Shown: one piece after another, positions 42,440 through 43,842 of the stretch
How positions within the stretch are numbered: position 1 is the first letter of the stretch
Layout of the letters: every line of letters starts with the position of its first letter
Virus record (IMG/VR): IMGVR_UViG_3300047313_000026
Span: 1-43,842 of that record
Source of the DNA: a virus
Taxonomy: Duplodnaviria > Caudoviricetes
DNA: 43,842 bases
Direction: 5' to 3' (one strand)
Position numbers and translations under genes: made by a program
Notes under the pieces: generated by a model
What the model was told of the DNA's origin: nothing
What the model saw: the letters and a program-made list of their open reading frames with translations, nothing else
The model's database searches: none

Positions 42440-43579
42440 ATGGCGGACGAAGCCGAGACCGACAGCCCAGCCCCAGGCGGCGCGGCTGTCGGCGCGCCCG
42501 CGGACGACGATGCCTCCCTGCTGGCCGAGCTCGAAGCCGATCAGGGCGCCGCGGGTGGTGGCAAGCCGGCAGCGAAGCCGAGCAAGGCTGCCAAGTCCGC
42601 GCCCGTCGACGACGATGCGGACGATGGCGATGTGGCCGACGATGCCACCCCGAGCGACGATCCGGCCGACGATGTCGAAGATGATGACGACGGCGAGCCG
42701 ACCGAGGATCCCGACGACGAGGATGACGCGCTCGCCGCGGCCGCAGCCAAGGATCCCGAGCTCGCCAAGCGCCTCGCTGCGGTCCGCCGCACCGAGCAGC
42801 GCCAGCGCGAGCAGCTGACCCGCGATCGCGCCGCGTTCGATGGCGAACGCGCACAGTGGAAGTCGCAGCAGCAGGGCTCGACCGATGGGCAGAAGCGCTA
42901 CGAGGCGCTAGTCTCGCGCGCGAAGCTCGACCCCGCCGGCGTGCTGGCCGAGCTCGGCGTCAGCGACGACGACATGGAGTACGCGGCGACGCAGGCCTAC
43001 GCGCGCTCGAAGAAGGCGGCCGCCAACCCCGCCTACCGCGCCGCCGCCGAGCAGGCGCAGCGCCAGCGCGAGGCCGCCGAGAAGACGGCGGCGAACGAGA
43101 AGCGGATCGCTGACCTCGAGGCCAAGCTGACCGAGCGCGACCAACAGGCCGCCGTCCAGCGCGAGCTGGACACCTACTTCGGCCGCGCGCTCCGCAAGGT
43201 TGATGACACGACCCCGCGCACGAAGAAGCTGATCGCCACGAATCCCAAGCTCGCCCGCGCCGAGCTGGCCGCCACCGCGCTCGAGCTCGTGGAGAAGGGC
43301 AAGAAGTCGCTGCCCGAGATCAAGGCGAAGGAGCTGCTCGCGGCGCACGAGAAAAAGATCGCGCGCCGGCTCCGCATGTACGGCGTCGAGGATGCCGCCG
43401 CGCCAGCCGCGGACGATGCCGCGAAGTCCGCCACCAAGAAGCCGGCCGCCGCGGCCAAGTCCAACGGCAAGCCCGGCGCGAAGCCCGCGGACGCTGCCGC
43501 TGATACCGACGCCGACGAGACGGTCATCCCGTCCGCCGCCGACCTCGTGCGCGAACTCCAGTCCGCGCAACGCAACTGA
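42440..43579 (+). CDS. Scaffolding protein (379 aa)
   Basis: Acidic disordered N-terminus, long coiled coil, between portal and capsid. Confidence 0.75.
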   Translation: MADEAETDSPAPGGAAVGAPADDDASLLAELEADQGAAGGGKPAAKPSKAAKSAPVDDDADDGDVADDATPSDDPADDVEDDDDGEPTEDPDDEDDALAAAAAKDPELAKRLAAVRRTEQRQREQLTRDRAAFDGERAQWKSQQQGSTDGQKRYEALVSRAKLDPAGVLAELGVSDDDMEYAATQAYARSKKAAANPAYRAAAEQAQRQREAAEKTAANEKRIADLEAKLTERDQQAAVQRELDTYFGRALRKVDDTTPRTKKLIATNPKLARAELAATALELVEKGKKSLPEIKAKELLAAHEKKIARRLRMYGVEDAAAPAADDAAKSATKKPAAAAKSNGKPGAKPADAAADTDADETVIPSAADLVRELQSAQRN

Positions 43580-43709
43580 TTTTCCGCGGCGCGCCGTGCG
43601 CCGCTTGCCGCCCGCACCGAAGCCCATACCCGTCCTGCCGATAAGTCGACCGGCGAAAACCCGCTGAACGTCGCGCCACCTCGACCGAGGTGGTCCGGAA
43701 GGACTGGAT

Positions 43710-43842
43710 ATGACTGCAGGGGCAGCTGACAACACCACCGTCACGTTTGTTTTCAAGCGCCGGTACTCCGACGCGCAGGTCGCGATGGTCACGCAGCGTG
43801 ACCACCCGACCTACACCTCCCTCTCGAAGATCCAGGGCCTCG
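43710..43842 (+). CDS. Major capsid protein, 5' part (continues at window start)
   Basis: RBS GGAAGGA, ATG 43710 in frame with ORF 42..1181. Confidence 0.85.
   Translation, partial: MTAGAADNTTVTFVFKRRYSDAQVAMVTQRDHPTYTSLSKIQGL
43744..43842 (+). repeat. 99-bp terminal direct repeat, copy 2
   Basis: Identical to 1-99. Confidence 0.97.

Larger units (their letters stand above)
1..43743. mobile_element. Complete circular temperate phage genome (podovirus-like Caudoviricetes, probable Myxococcota host)
   Basis: Terminal overlap closes the circle inside the capsid gene; terminase, portal, capsid, tail, lysis, integrase/attP, repressor and replication modules are all present; no tape measure or tail sheath seen. 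Confidence 0.93.

Noticed and set aside
1-43743. Frequent GCGATCGC/CGATCG as HIP1-like repeats
   Set aside because: Explained plausibly by GCG-ATC-GCN codon usage; cannot show enrichment without a Markov-model count

Overview
The window is a complete, circularised genome (43,743 bp unique; bases 43744-43842 repeat bases 1-99) of a very GC-rich temperate tailed phage with a podovirus-type layout. The + strand virion module runs terL, portal, scaffold, major capsid (split across the junction), adaptor, nozzle, beta-helix tailspike, three ejection-protein-like genes and an SGNH esterase, followed by a lysis cassette. Next come attP (3' half of tRNA-Leu(GAG)) and a tyrosine integrase, a leftward early operon, a cI/cro switch with three TGAG-N5-CTCA operators, and a rightward early operon (replication initiator, three DNA-modifying enzymes, nucleases). 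Several small genes point to a Myxococcota host (inference). The most unusual element is a compact cassette at 21469-22046 on the minus strand: an orphan lanthipeptide-precursor-like 52-aa peptide, three abutting RNA hairpins, and a tRNA-shaped RNA whose anticodon arm is replaced by a 35-nt irregular hairpin, ending one base before the RBS of a conserved myxobacterial small-protein gene. Other oddities are a holin fused to a lipoprotein, an antisense two-lipoprotein moron inside the cro operon, and captured anti-sigma-factor pieces. All calls are by eye; no searches were run.
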